Source of the DNA: Candidatus Woesearchaeota archaeon
GTDB taxonomy: Archaea; Nanobdellota; Nanobdellia; Woesearchaeales; UBA10216
Direction of reading: 5' to 3'
Assembly (NCBI GenBank): GCA_016180085.1
Contig: JACPBX010000031.1
Coordinates: 1-61,003 of the forward strand
DNA: 61,003 bases
Of the stretch, positions 1 through 8,987 are shown piece by piece. Every line of letters starts with the position of its first letter. Within the stretch, counting starts at the first letter, position 1. The notes beneath the pieces were generated by a model, which saw only the letters and a list, made by a program, of their open reading frames with translations, did no database searches and was not told the origin of the DNA. A program made the translations under genes and the position numbers.

Positions 1-366
1 TCTGGGAACAACTATGTTGTCACCTTCCTGAAGTTCTTTAACAGGGAAAGCTCTAACCTTGGAGTTTTTAAGTGCAAAAACAGAGTGTGATCCTGTTACA
101 TTTACTTTTCTGCCGCCGACTGTTTCAATCTCAAAAAGTTTATCCCTTAGAACGTGCCTGTGAACTTTGCTGGCAGGCTTAAATGACATTTTGAAATTTT
201 TATCGTCATAAACTAGAACCTCGCAGCCACCTATTTTAGCAGATTCAGCGCCGTCTTCCATAAAGGGATTATTTTCTTCTATAACTTTATCAATAAACTC
301 TCCTATCTTTACTAATTGCACTTCACCGTTTTTCCTTATTAGCACAGGCTCATTGTACTCTACCGA
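1..366 (-). mobile_element. Intein (N-terminal splicing region) in top6B
   Basis: After EAVDN the frame continues SVEYNEPVLIRKNGEVQLVKIGEFID (block A-like) and later LFEIETVGGRKVNVTGSHSVF (block B TxxH) instead of the expected Top6B sequence. Confidence 0.88.
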
Positions 367-528
367 ATTATCAACCGCCTCCTTCACTGCCGTGAGCAGC
401 GATTTCCTCTTGTTGTCAAAGCCAAGGAGGTGCCTGTTCTTCTCGAAGAATTCCGCAATTGAGATTGCCTTCTGCCTTTCGGCAAGCTGGTATGCAGTTA
501 TTTCTGTATCTGTTGGCTTCGTAACCAT
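1..528 (-). CDS. top6B: DNA topoisomerase VI subunit B, N-terminal part (runs off window edge; intein-interrupted)
   Basis: Manual translation from ATG at 528: MVTKPT...QKAISIAEFFEKNRHLLGFDNKRKSLLTAVKEAVDN. This is the Top6B N-terminus with the GHKL ExxDN motif. Not in the ORF track because it is truncated. Confidence 0.92.
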   Translation of the reverse strand, partial: MVTKPTDTEITAYQLAERQKAISIAEFFEKNRHLLGFDNKRKSLLTAVKEAVDNSVEYNEPVLIRKNGEVQLVKIGEFIDKVIEENNPFMEDGAESAKIGGCEVLVYDDKNFKMSFKPASKVHRHVLRDKLFEIETVGGRKVNVTGSHSVFALKNSKVRAFPVKELQEGDNIVVPR

Positions 529-633
529 GATTATCACTGCGTTCTGCTGCCGCTACAGGCTAATTGCAGCTATTATGATAAAAAAAGTGCACATATAAAA
601 ATTAATATGTTTGCGATCCAGAGCCATTCAGAA

Positions 634-1182
634 TCATTCAAAGCTGCCGATTATTTTTTTCCTCTTCAGCTCCCTTCTTTTTTTCTCAAGCCAGCGGTAG
701 ACTGTTGAGTGCTGGCTGCCGCCGAGCAGCATTTCGATTGCCCGTTTGCACACGCCCACATTGTCAATCTCGCCTATGATTGTTATTGTTTTCCCGTAAA
801 CAGAGACATGGCAGTCTGTCAGCTCCTCCATCACCTGCCGCGCCTTTCCTTCAGCTCCGATAACCCTTCCCCTCAGCCTCATCTCATGCTTTTTTGTCTT
901 GGCATAATTTGTAATGTCTATCTGCTCGGAAGCATAATCCTGCTTCAGCAGGAGCTTGGCAAGCTCCGGGTTAAAGCCCCTTCCTATCGCCAACACCACT
1001 TCCCTTGCAGTGTAAAGGCCCAAAGCGTCCTCGCCTGTTATGAAAACATCGCCTTCCGCAGAGTCAATCTGGAGGCTGGTGCCTGTAGCTTCCTCTATCT
1101 CCTTCTTCACCTTCCCATGGGTGCCTATCACGACAGCAACCCGGGCAAGCGGAATCTTAAGCCCATAGGAATAATCAGCCAT
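634..1182 (-). CDS. KH-domain RNA-processing protein (Dim2/Pno1 family)
   Basis: Two KH motifs (VIGTHG, RVIGAEGKAR) and AIGRGF; lies upstream of top6B. Confidence 0.9.
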   Translation of the reverse strand: MADYSYGLKIPLARVAVVIGTHGKVKKEIEEATGTSLQIDSAEGDVFITGEDALGLYTAREVVLAIGRGFNPELAKLLLKQDYASEQIDITNYAKTKKHEMRLRGRVIGAEGKARQVMEELTDCHVSVYGKTITIIGEIDNVGVCKRAIEMLLGGSQHSTVYRWLEKKRRELKRKKIIGSFE

Positions 1183-1221
1183 AGCGCTCTGGAAGAAAGC
1201 GGTTTCTTAAATAGTTTCACT

Positions 1222-1560
1222 TTAGAGAGACTTTGACTCTTCCTGCTTTGAGGAATGAAGCCTTTTCTCGCTCAGGCTTTTCAGCTGCACAAAGAAGTAT
1301 TCCAGGCAGTCAACAGCGCAGAACGTCGCCCTCTTCTTGAGGTCCTTTGGCCCGAATATCAGGGTATATTCGTGGTTCACGCTCAGGTTCACCATGCCTC
1401 CGCAGGTCGCGCACGTCCTCGCCTGCGACTCATTCACTTCCTTAATCTTGTTCGTGACGAGCTGCTTTATTACCGTGCCGCCCCCGAACAGGTCTCTCTG
1501 GAGGTCAACAAGCTCCTCGTAGTCAAGCATCCCGATGGCGTCACTTACCTTCTTGCGCAT
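1222..1560 (-). CDS. Hypothetical protein with CxxC...CxxxC putative zinc site
   Basis: CATC and FCAVDC motifs; GAGGTG RBS before ATG at 1560. Confidence 0.7.
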   Translation of the reverse strand: MRKKVSDAIGMLDYEELVDLQRDLFGGGTVIKQLVTNKIKEVNESQARTCATCGGMVNLSVNHEYTLIFGPKDLKKRATFCAVDCLEYFFVQLKSLSEKRLHSSKQEESKSL

Positions 1561-1823
1561 CCTGCACACCTCAATTAACGCAACAACACACTAAATGCAA
1601 TGGCTGAACAGCTGCAAATAGCTGCAACTAGTGCAACACCAAGCACAAAGGAGTATACTCTTTAGTATACTCATATATAAATATTATGCTTATGGGTGGA
1701 GGTTCTCGGTGCTTCTGGCTGCCAAGGGGCTGTTAAGCTTACTAAGATTATTATCTTACTAAACTTATTATATAAGTATATAAGGGAAGCACGGAGTTTC
1801 ATCACTTGGAGCATGATAGGAAC

Positions 1824-2663
1824 ATGATTGCGATAATAACGTCGTCAAAGGATTCGGCAGGCGCAACGATAAAACAGCAGCTGCTGAAGAGTTACGGTTT
1901 TACCGAGTTAAAGGGCGAAAGCTTTGACGGCTTTCCCATTTTCAGCCTGCAGATAGAGGATTCCGAAGCGCGCCTGTTCACGGCTGCTGATGATTCTATA
2001 CGCTGCGAGGGCATTGACAAAAGAATCCCCGCTGCCGAATTGTTTGTTTTCGCGACAAGGCATTACAGCAGTGCCGGCGTCCCTGCCTTGGCCACGCATT
2101 CAATAGGCAACTGGGGGAAGGCAGAGCTTGGCGGGAAGGATGGAACAATCTGCCCAAGCCCGGCTGCCCTTATCAAGCTTTTTCTGCAGAACCTTGAGGC
2201 TGTTGCAAAAAGCGAGAGCTATAATGGCGAGGTTGTGCAGGAGGCAACGCACCACGGTCCTTACGTTGAAAAGCCGGCAGCTTTCATTGAGGTTGGCAGC
2301 AGCGAAAATGAGTGGAAAAATGAAAAATTTGCCTCAATGGTTGCCGATTCGCTGATTGGGGGGCTTGGCGACTATGTTACCTTAAGCGCGGATTACGAAC
2401 CGGTTGTTGCCATTGGCGGCCTTCATTATGCCAGAAGTTTCAGGAAGCTCATGCTTGACAAAGATTCCAAATATGCTGTTGCCCACATCTGCCCGAAGCA
2501 CAACCTCAGCAGCCTTACTCCTGAATTGCTGCAGCAGGCAATGAGTTCCTGCCATCCCAAAAAAGCAGCTGCTGTCGCGCTTGACTGGAAAGGGCTGGGC
2601 ACAGAGAAGCAGCGCATCGTAAAACTCCTAGAAGGCACAGGAATCGGATACTTCAAAACTTAG
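1824..2663 (+). CDS. dtdA: D-aminoacyl-tRNA deacylase (archaeal DTD2)
   Basis: FATRH, THSIGN, EATHHGP, FIEVGS and IGGLHYA motifs. Confidence 0.92.
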   Translation: MIAIITSSKDSAGATIKQQLLKSYGFTELKGESFDGFPIFSLQIEDSEARLFTAADDSIRCEGIDKRIPAAELFVFATRHYSSAGVPALATHSIGNWGKAELGGKDGTICPSPAALIKLFLQNLEAVAKSESYNGEVVQEATHHGPYVEKPAAFIEVGSSENEWKNEKFASMVADSLIGGLGDYVTLSADYEPVVAIGGLHYARSFRKLMLDKDSKYAVAHICPKHNLSSLTPELLQQAMSSCHPKKAAAVALDWKGLGTEKQRIVKLLEGTGIGYFKT

Positions 2664-2718
2664 CACAGCAGCGCAGCTGCAATCTTTAAAAAAAATGTTA
2701 CTGCTGCAAAACTCAGAA

Positions 2719-3075
2719 TCACCAATTATAAGTTCTTGAACGATTGGGAAATGGGTCATGGCACCCACCAGGGTAAGCAACACGGACAACTCCAGCAGCA
2801 AAAATGTCTCTGGTCTGACGTAACTCTTTTACTCTTGGATTACCTTTAAGTGCAAGGATAGCCGCTGCGGGGCCGGTTACCTGGTATGCTTTCTCTCCTG
2901 TTAATTGATGATTTACCGCAATGCGATGTTCAACAACATCTTCTCCCGTCAATCCTAGACCGCTCAAATCGGCCTTAAACGCTTCAAAATCAGCACTATT
3001 TGCAAGTGAGACAAGCACGGAAAAACTTCCAGTTGGGCTTTCATTCAAACGTCTTTCAAGTTCCGGTTGTATCAT
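2719..3075 (-). CDS. Hypothetical protein (orphan)
   Basis: 118-aa ORF with a TATA-like element about 25 nt upstream. Confidence 0.55.
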   Translation of the reverse strand: MIQPELERRLNESPTGSFSVLVSLANSADFEAFKADLSGLGLTGEDVVEHRIAVNHQLTGEKAYQVTGPAAAILALKGNPRVKELRQTRDIFAAGVVRVAYPGGCHDPFPNRSRTYNW

Positions 3076-3202
3076 TCTGCCGGAAGAAATGCTGAACAGT
3101 TTTTATAGTTTTTGGTCTTGGGTCTTGACGCACGTTATTATAGCACACCAAAACCTTTAAATATGAAAAGGGTTGCACGCAGCCAAACTCGAGGTGAGGC
3201 TA

Positions 3203-3343
3203 ATGCATATGCAATCGCGTGGCGTATATGGCTTATACGGCTTATTGGGAGCTGACAAGGAAGGGTTTGACGAAGACCTCGGTGGCGATGACGAAGAGGG
3301 CGACGATTTTGACGACGCCACAGGCGACGACGACGAGTGGTAA
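3203..3343 (+). CDS. Small, highly acidic protein (46 aa)
   Basis: TTTAAATA box at ~3156, GAGGTGA RBS at 3191-3197; translation MHMQSRGVYGLYGLLGADKEGFDEDLGGDDEEGDDFDDATGDDDEW. Confidence 0.65.
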   Translation: MHMQSRGVYGLYGLLGADKEGFDEDLGGDDEEGDDFDDATGDDDEW

Positions 3344-3430
3344 TCACATTCCTTCTTTAATTTTCTTTCCTTTATCTTTTCATTAACAGAAGAGAAGGGT
3401 TTTTATAGCGCTGGTCCTTGCAGGTTTCAG

Positions 3431-4177
3431 ATGGAACCAATTAAAAAAATACTAATTGCCGAGGATGGCAGGAAGTTCTACGTCCGCAACATCAACGAGG
3501 ACTTCCACACCCAGTTTGGCTTTGTTGGCATGCCCGCGCTGGTAAAGGCGAAAGCCGGGGATGTTGTGAAGACAAACACAGGGAAGGAGTTTTTCGTTTT
3601 TGAACCGTCATTCATTGACGTCTATGGAAAGATAAAGAGGGCCCCGCAAATAATCCCAAGGAAGGATGTCGCTGCCATAATTGCAGAGACCGGCATAGGC
3701 AGGGGCAGCATTATTGTGGATGCAGGCACCGGCTCAGGAGCCCTTGCATTATTCCTTGCCAACGTTGCGAAGAAGGTCATAACTTACGAAATTCGCGAAG
3801 ACTTCGCCAAGGTAGCTGCAGAAAATGTTGCTACAGTTGGGCTTAAGAACATCACTATAAAAAAAAAGAGCGTCTATGACGGCATCGATGAGAAAAGCGT
3901 TGACGTTGTAACCCTTGACCTGCCTGAGCCCTGGAAGGCTGTTGGGCCGGCAACGGAAGCGCTGAAAATTGGCGGCTTTATTGTTTCTTATTCCCCGACA
4001 ACGCCGCAGGTGAGCGATTTCATTGCTGCTGCGGCGAAGGTTAAAGGACTGGTCCATCTCAAAACCATCGAAATCATTGAGAGGGAGTGGGAGTTCAACG
4101 ACCGCGTGGTAAGGCCCCTGTCGCAGCAGATAGGGCATTCAGGGTTTCTGACGTTTGTGAGGAAAATTCATAAATGA
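3431..4177 (+). CDS. trmI: tRNA (adenine-N1)-methyltransferase TrmI
   Basis: PQIIPRKD, DAGTGSGAL, LDLPEPW and GHSGFL motifs. Confidence 0.93.
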   Translation: MEPIKKILIAEDGRKFYVRNINEDFHTQFGFVGMPALVKAKAGDVVKTNTGKEFFVFEPSFIDVYGKIKRAPQIIPRKDVAAIIAETGIGRGSIIVDAGTGSGALALFLANVAKKVITYEIREDFAKVAAENVATVGLKNITIKKKSVYDGIDEKSVDVVTLDLPEPWKAVGPATEALKIGGFIVSYSPTTPQVSDFIAAAAKVKGLVHLKTIEIIEREWEFNDRVVRPLSQQIGHSGFLTFVRKIHK

Positions 4178-4198
4178 TTCTCATTCACTTGTCGCACC

Positions 4199-4882
4199 AT
4201 GCTCTTTGCAATGTCTTTGGAACAGCTTTTAACTTTGGCAGAAAAAGATAAAGTTGCTGCTGTGAAAGCTGCCGAAATTATTATAGTGCCGTGGAGTCGT
4301 GCACTTTGGCATAACTTTAGAACTTTCTTCTCGAACGGGGTAAACGGCCCTTATTATGGCAGCACAGGATCTGAACCATCAGAAAGCTTATCTTACATTT
4401 TGTCAAATGCCGATCAGATGCCTAGAGAGAGGAGATTCGTTTTTGACAGGAATGGCGCCTTCTACATGCAGAATATTCAGCCATGCCTTGAACAAGGGCT
4501 CTTGTTAGATGGCGAATCGAATCGTGTCCGTTTAATTAGGACTGAAATGGATGGCAACATAACTAAAGTTGTGATCGGACTTGTGCCCCCTGAGGCAACT
4601 GAACATAGCTATGCTACAGACACCCATATCAGTGATAGGGATGGCAGCATTACAAAAGTACAAAGGCAAAGGCCGAAGCATACAGCGTACGTCTATGTAG
4701 AGTGCGGCGACGATAAGATGCCGTGCCTAGCAGACGATATTGACAGAGGACTTCCGTTTTCTGCCCTGAAGCCCATCATATACTTCGCCGCGCCATTACC
4801 TGATTCGTTTCGAAGTGTTGTGAATTATAATAGAATGATACTCATAGCCTTGGACCAATCTACTAATAAACATCCTTCCTAA
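4199..4882 (+). CDS. Hypothetical protein (orphan)
   Basis: 227-aa ORF between trmI and glmU with a convergent overlap onto the glmU end. Confidence 0.6.
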   Translation: MLFAMSLEQLLTLAEKDKVAAVKAAEIIIVPWSRALWHNFRTFFSNGVNGPYYGSTGSEPSESLSYILSNADQMPRERRFVFDRNGAFYMQNIQPCLEQGLLLDGESNRVRLIRTEMDGNITKVVIGLVPPEATEHSYATDTHISDRDGSITKVQRQRPKHTAYVYVECGDDKMPCLADDIDRGLPFSALKPIIYFAAPLPDSFRSVVNYNRMILIALDQSTNKHPS

Positions 4883-6074
4883 CAACCTCCCCAGGCAGCG
4901 TCGTCTTTCCCGGCCAGATTTTCCTTCCGGGATAGATTGAGGTGTGGACGCCTGTTTTTGCTCTATCGCCCATTATGGTGCCGAACTTCCTTCTTTCTGT
5001 GCTTATCAATTCGCCTTTGGCCATTGACTTCACAGGACCGTTGTCATGCCTCAGATTCGCGGTTATCGTGCCTGCCCCGAAATTGACGCTTTTGCCTATC
5101 ACAGAATCGGCGCAGTAGCTGAGGTGCCCGATAACAGCCCCATCCATGAGTATTGCGTTCTTGACCTCAACAGCATTCCCGATTCTGCAGTGGTTTCCAA
5201 TGGCTGTGCATGGCCTTATGAAGCAGTTGGGCCCTATCACGCAATCTTCTCCGATAACAACAGGCCCTTCAATGTATGCACCATTCCTTATGAGCGTGCC
5301 TCTTCCGACATCCACGAAACCTTTCAGCGTTGCATACTTTTCTATTTTTGCAGTTGCCGCTATCTGCAGCCTATCTTTTTGCCTTTGCCTCAGGAGTAAC
5401 TCGTTTGCCTCCAGTAAGGACCACGGGTACGTTATCGGCTGCCAGAACCCTGCTTCCTCAACGCTGACTTTTTGGGTTTTTGACAGTTCACTTACAGCAT
5501 CTGTTATCTCATATTCGCCTCTGCCGCTTTTCTTCATTTTTCGCAGCAGCTGAAATATTGAGCCAGGCATAGCATAACAGCCCGTATTTGCCAGGCCGCT
5601 GCCTCTTTCATCAGGCTTTTCTATTATGCCTTTAAGCGTGCCTTTCTCGGCAACGACCTTTCCAAAGCTGTTGATGTTTTGGACTTTCTTGGCAAGGATA
5701 CAGCTGCCATGCTTCAGGCATTTTTTTATGTCGCTGCTGCTGTAGAGGTCATCGCCCATAATAACCAGAAACTTTTTCTCCGCGGCAACAAACTTCTCTG
5801 CCTGCAGCAGCGCATGCCCTGTCCCGAGCTGCTCGGTTTGGAATGCATATGCAAGTTTAATTCCGTGGTAGCGGTCTTTGAATGCCGTCATTATTTCTTC
5901 GCTGCCGAAGCCGACGACAATCACGACTTCATCAACGATTTTTGTCTGTTGCAGCTGCCGAAGGTTATACTCAAGAACAGTTGTATTTGCAACGGTGAGC
6001 ATCACCTTTGACCTGTTTATTGTCAGGGGATGCAGCCGCGTTGATTTCCCTGCCGCGAGTATAACCGCTTTCAT
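4863..6074 (-). CDS. glmU: Bifunctional sugar-1-phosphate nucleotidyltransferase/acetyltransferase (archaeal GlmU)
   Basis: LAAGKSTRLHP NTP-transferase motif plus hexapeptide repeats; operon with glmM and glmS. Confidence 0.9.
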   Translation of the reverse strand: MKAVILAAGKSTRLHPLTINRSKVMLTVANTTVLEYNLRQLQQTKIVDEVVIVVGFGSEEIMTAFKDRYHGIKLAYAFQTEQLGTGHALLQAEKFVAAEKKFLVIMGDDLYSSSDIKKCLKHGSCILAKKVQNINSFGKVVAEKGTLKGIIEKPDERGSGLANTGCYAMPGSIFQLLRKMKKSGRGEYEITDAVSELSKTQKVSVEEAGFWQPITYPWSLLEANELLLRQRQKDRLQIAATAKIEKYATLKGFVDVGRGTLIRNGAYIEGPVVIGEDCVIGPNCFIRPCTAIGNHCRIGNAVEVKNAILMDGAVIGHLSYCADSVIGKSVNFGAGTITANLRHDNGPVKSMAKGELISTERRKFGTIMGDRAKTGVHTSIYPGRKIWPGKTTLPGEVVRKDVY

Positions 6075-6086
6075 TTTCGTTTTCTT

Positions 6087-7427
6087 TTATGCTCCTATTT
6101 CTTTTTTTGCTGCAGCTGCTATTTCTTCCGCAAGCCTTTTTATTTCTTCTTTGCCGTTCCCTTCCAGCATTATCCTCAGCATGTTCTGCGTTCCCGAATA
6201 CCTTATCAGCGAGCGCCCTTTCAGCCTTGGGAGCTGTTTTTCGGCTTCTGCAATAGCCGCAGATGTCAGGGAAAGGCTGCTGAGCTCTCTCTTTTCCTTT
6301 ACTTCCACGTTTATTAAGGCTTGCGGTTTTTTGGTGAATTCGGCTAGCTTGGAGAATGGCAGGCCGGACTCCTTCAGCAATGCAAGTATGTGAATGGCAG
6401 CAAGAATGCCATCCCCTGCAGTATTGTTCCCCATGATTATGTGCCCGGACTGCTCCCCGCCCAGGCTGTAGCCATGCTTTCTCATTTCCGCATAGACGTG
6501 CTTGTCGCCGTTTTGCACCCTGACAGTTTTAACTCCGGCCAGTGCAAGCTCATCATCAAAGGCCGTGTTAGTGTACTCCGTAACAACAACCGCGTTATTG
6601 CTGAGACTGCCCCTTCGCAGCATGCCCTTGGCAAGGGCCAGTATTATCGCGTCGCCATTAATCACATTTCCTTTCTCGTCGACCATGATGAGCCTGTCAG
6701 AGTCGCCATCAAAAGCTATCCCACACGATGCTTTTGTTGCTATGACTTCCTTTTGCAGCTGTTGGGGATTCAGTGCGCCGCAGTCCTTGTTGATGTTACT
6801 GCCATCAGGCTTGTTGTTGATTAGTGTTGCGGCAGCGCCAAGGCTTGCAAATACGCCGGCAGCCCTATATGCTGTGCCGTTTGCCGCATCAACAACAACA
6901 TTAAGCCCGGCCAGTTTGGGTCTTCCAGCTGATTCAACCAAAAACGCAAGGTACTCAGCCTCTGCCTTTGCAAAAGCTTTCACAGTGCCCTTGCGGCTTC
7001 TTTCTGCCCTTGCGCCTAGGCTGTTTTCGACAAAGGCCTCTTCCTTTTCGCTTAGCTTCTCCCCGTTTTGTGTGAAGAACTTGATGCCGTTTTCCTCGGC
7101 AGGGTTGTGGCTTGCTGAAATCATTATGCCGCCGTCAGCCTTAAGGTGCTTTGTAAGGCAAGCCACTGCCGCTGTTGGGAGCACTCCAAGCAATTGCACA
7201 TCCACGCCAACGTCCGTGAGCCCTGCAGCAATTGCCTGCTCAATCATGGCGCATGAAGCCCTCGTGTCCTTTCCCAGAACAACGGACGGGTTCTTTTTCC
7301 CGTGAGCAATCTTCCTGATTAAATTCGCGTAACCGGCAGCTATTTTCCTGATGCTGCCCGGAGTGAGCGGTTCCTGCCCCGGCGTTCCCCTTATGCCGTC
7401 TGTCCCGAAAAGCTTGGGCTGCATCAC
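6087..7427 (-). CDS. glmM: Phosphoglucosamine mutase
   Basis: FGTDGIRG, ISASHNP, DGDSDR and GGEQSGH motifs. Confidence 0.92.
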   Translation of the reverse strand: MMQPKLFGTDGIRGTPGQEPLTPGSIRKIAAGYANLIRKIAHGKKNPSVVLGKDTRASCAMIEQAIAAGLTDVGVDVQLLGVLPTAAVACLTKHLKADGGIMISASHNPAEENGIKFFTQNGEKLSEKEEAFVENSLGARAERSRKGTVKAFAKAEAEYLAFLVESAGRPKLAGLNVVVDAANGTAYRAAGVFASLGAAATLINNKPDGSNINKDCGALNPQQLQKEVIATKASCGIAFDGDSDRLIMVDEKGNVINGDAIILALAKGMLRRGSLSNNAVVVTEYTNTAFDDELALAGVKTVRVQNGDKHVYAEMRKHGYSLGGEQSGHIIMGNNTAGDGILAAIHILALLKESGLPFSKLAEFTKKPQALINVEVKEKRELSSLSLTSAAIAEAEKQLPRLKGRSLIRYSGTQNMLRIMLEGNGKEEIKRLAEEIAAAAKKEIGA

Positions 7428-8212
7428 GCTTCCCCCACTGCTTTTAGCAGTTCCATGTGTAATGGTGCAGTTGCCGCTGCCAGGATATTCCTGGAGCTGG
7501 GCTGCCAGGGTTTCCCGCTGAAGTCAGTAACAATTCCCCCGGCTTCCCTTATTATGAGCGTCGAGGCTGCATAATCCCAGGGCGAGCTTCCAGCCCGAGC
7601 ATACCCGTCCACCCTGCCAGCAGCTATTTGGGTAGTAGCCGTTGTTGCGCTGCCCCATACCCGTAAGCTCCTGACTTTCAAGGCCAGGCCAGCAATAAGG
7701 CGAAGCATGGCTAGCCTTTCTTCATTTTCATATGCAAAATCGCAGCAGATTATTGCGCCAGCCAACGCATTGGTTGCTGCGACCGTGATCCTTTTATCGT
7801 TAAGAAACGCTCCCCTATCCTTGATAGCCCGGTATACCTCCAAGGTAACAGGGTTATATACTAAGCCTGCCAGCAGTTCGTTTTCCCGGCATAATGCGAT
7901 TGAAATATTGAATTGGCTGTTTCCCCGGCTGAAGTTATTTGTACCGTCAAGGGGGTCAACGTACCACACAAAATCGCTGCCTTCTTTTGGCTTGGCTTCC
8001 TCAGTAACTATTCTGTGGGAAGGAAACTTTTCGCTGATTGCAGCCCTTATCAAGGCATCAGCTTCCTTATCCGCATTGGTAACAATATTTCTAAAGTTGC
8101 CCTCTTTTATCTGGACAGTCAGGCTTCGCCGAAAATGCTTAAGCAGTGCAGCGCCGGCTTCTTTTGCTGCCGACTCTGCAACAGCCTGCGCTTCCGCAAG
8201 AAAATCCGCCAT
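7424..8212 (-). CDS. Inositol monophosphatase / FBPase family protein
   Basis: EE, WYVDPLDGTNNF and PWDYAA motifs. Confidence 0.9.
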   Translation of the reverse strand: MADFLAEAQAVAESAAKEAGAALLKHFRRSLTVQIKEGNFRNIVTNADKEADALIRAAISEKFPSHRIVTEEAKPKEGSDFVWYVDPLDGTNNFSRGNSQFNISIALCRENELLAGLVYNPVTLEVYRAIKDRGAFLNDKRITVAATNALAGAIICCDFAYENEERLAMLRLIAGLALKVRSLRVWGSATTATTQIAAGRVDGYARAGSSPWDYAASTLIIREAGGIVTDFSGKPWQPSSRNILAAATAPLHMELLKAVGEA

Positions 8213-8223
8213 ATTGCCGTTCC

Positions 8224-8886
8224 TTACTTAATCTGCTGCCCGAGCTTTGCCCAGTCGTCAAGAAACTGCTTCAGCCCTGCATCAGTCAATGGATGCTTGT
8301 AGAGCTGCTCGATGACCTTGAACGGGCACGTTGCAACATCCGCACCAATGAGGGCTGCCTGCTTTACATGGTCAGCATGCCTTACAGATGCGAATAGTAT
8401 CTTTGTCTTGAAATCGTAGTTGTCGTAGATTTGCCTTATCTCCTCAACCAGCTCAACTCCGTCCTGGCCAATGTCATCCAATCTTCCAACGAACGGGCTG
8501 ATTATGTATGCCCCTGCCTTTGCAGCCAAAAGGGCCTGGTTTGCGGAAAAGCACAGCGTTACGTTAACCCTTATTCCCTCCTTTGCAAGGGTTTTAACAG
8601 CTTTCAGCCCGTCAGGCAGCAGCGGGATTTTGACAACAACGTTCTTGTGAACTTTCGCAAGGATTCTTGCCTCATGAAGTATATCCTCATATTTCACCGC
8701 AACTACTTCTGCAGACACATCGCCCTGGACAATCTCACAAATCTCCTTGACAATCGTCTTGAAGTCCTTGCCCTTGTCCTTCTCCTTGGCAACAAGGCTC
8801 GGGTTGGTTGTGACTCCATCCAAGATTCCCCAGTCGTTTACCTGCCTTATCTCGTCGATGTTTGCAGTGTCTATGAATATTTCCAT
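8224..8886 (-). CDS. tal: Transaldolase (short TalC/FSA family)
   Basis: DTA, GVTTNPS and VVVKIP Schiff-base Lys. Glu in SAEV and Phe in SPFVGR are the transaldolase-type residues. Confidence 0.88.
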   Translation of the reverse strand: MEIFIDTANIDEIRQVNDWGILDGVTTNPSLVAKEKDKGKDFKTIVKEICEIVQGDVSAEVVAVKYEDILHEARILAKVHKNVVVKIPLLPDGLKAVKTLAKEGIRVNVTLCFSANQALLAAKAGAYIISPFVGRLDDIGQDGVELVEEIRQIYDNYDFKTKILFASVRHADHVKQAALIGADVATCPFKVIEQLYKHPLTDAGLKQFLDDWAKLGQQIK

Positions 8887-8987
8887 TTTTTACCCCCTCC
8901 AATAAATTTTGCTGAATTCAGCACTGTTTTTATTGTTTTCGTTACAGAGCTGGTTATTTGGCAGTTACGCTCTTGGCAAGATAAACT

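Noticed and set aside
2661-3150. TAGCACA(G/C)CA repeat flanking the 118-aa orphan, starting at the dtdA stop
   Set aside because: A 9/10 match is too short to distinguish from chance.
3138-3347. Arg-rich 69-aa minus-strand ORF
   Set aside because: It is the antisense shadow of the Asp-rich plus-strand microprotein, which has the RBS and promoter.
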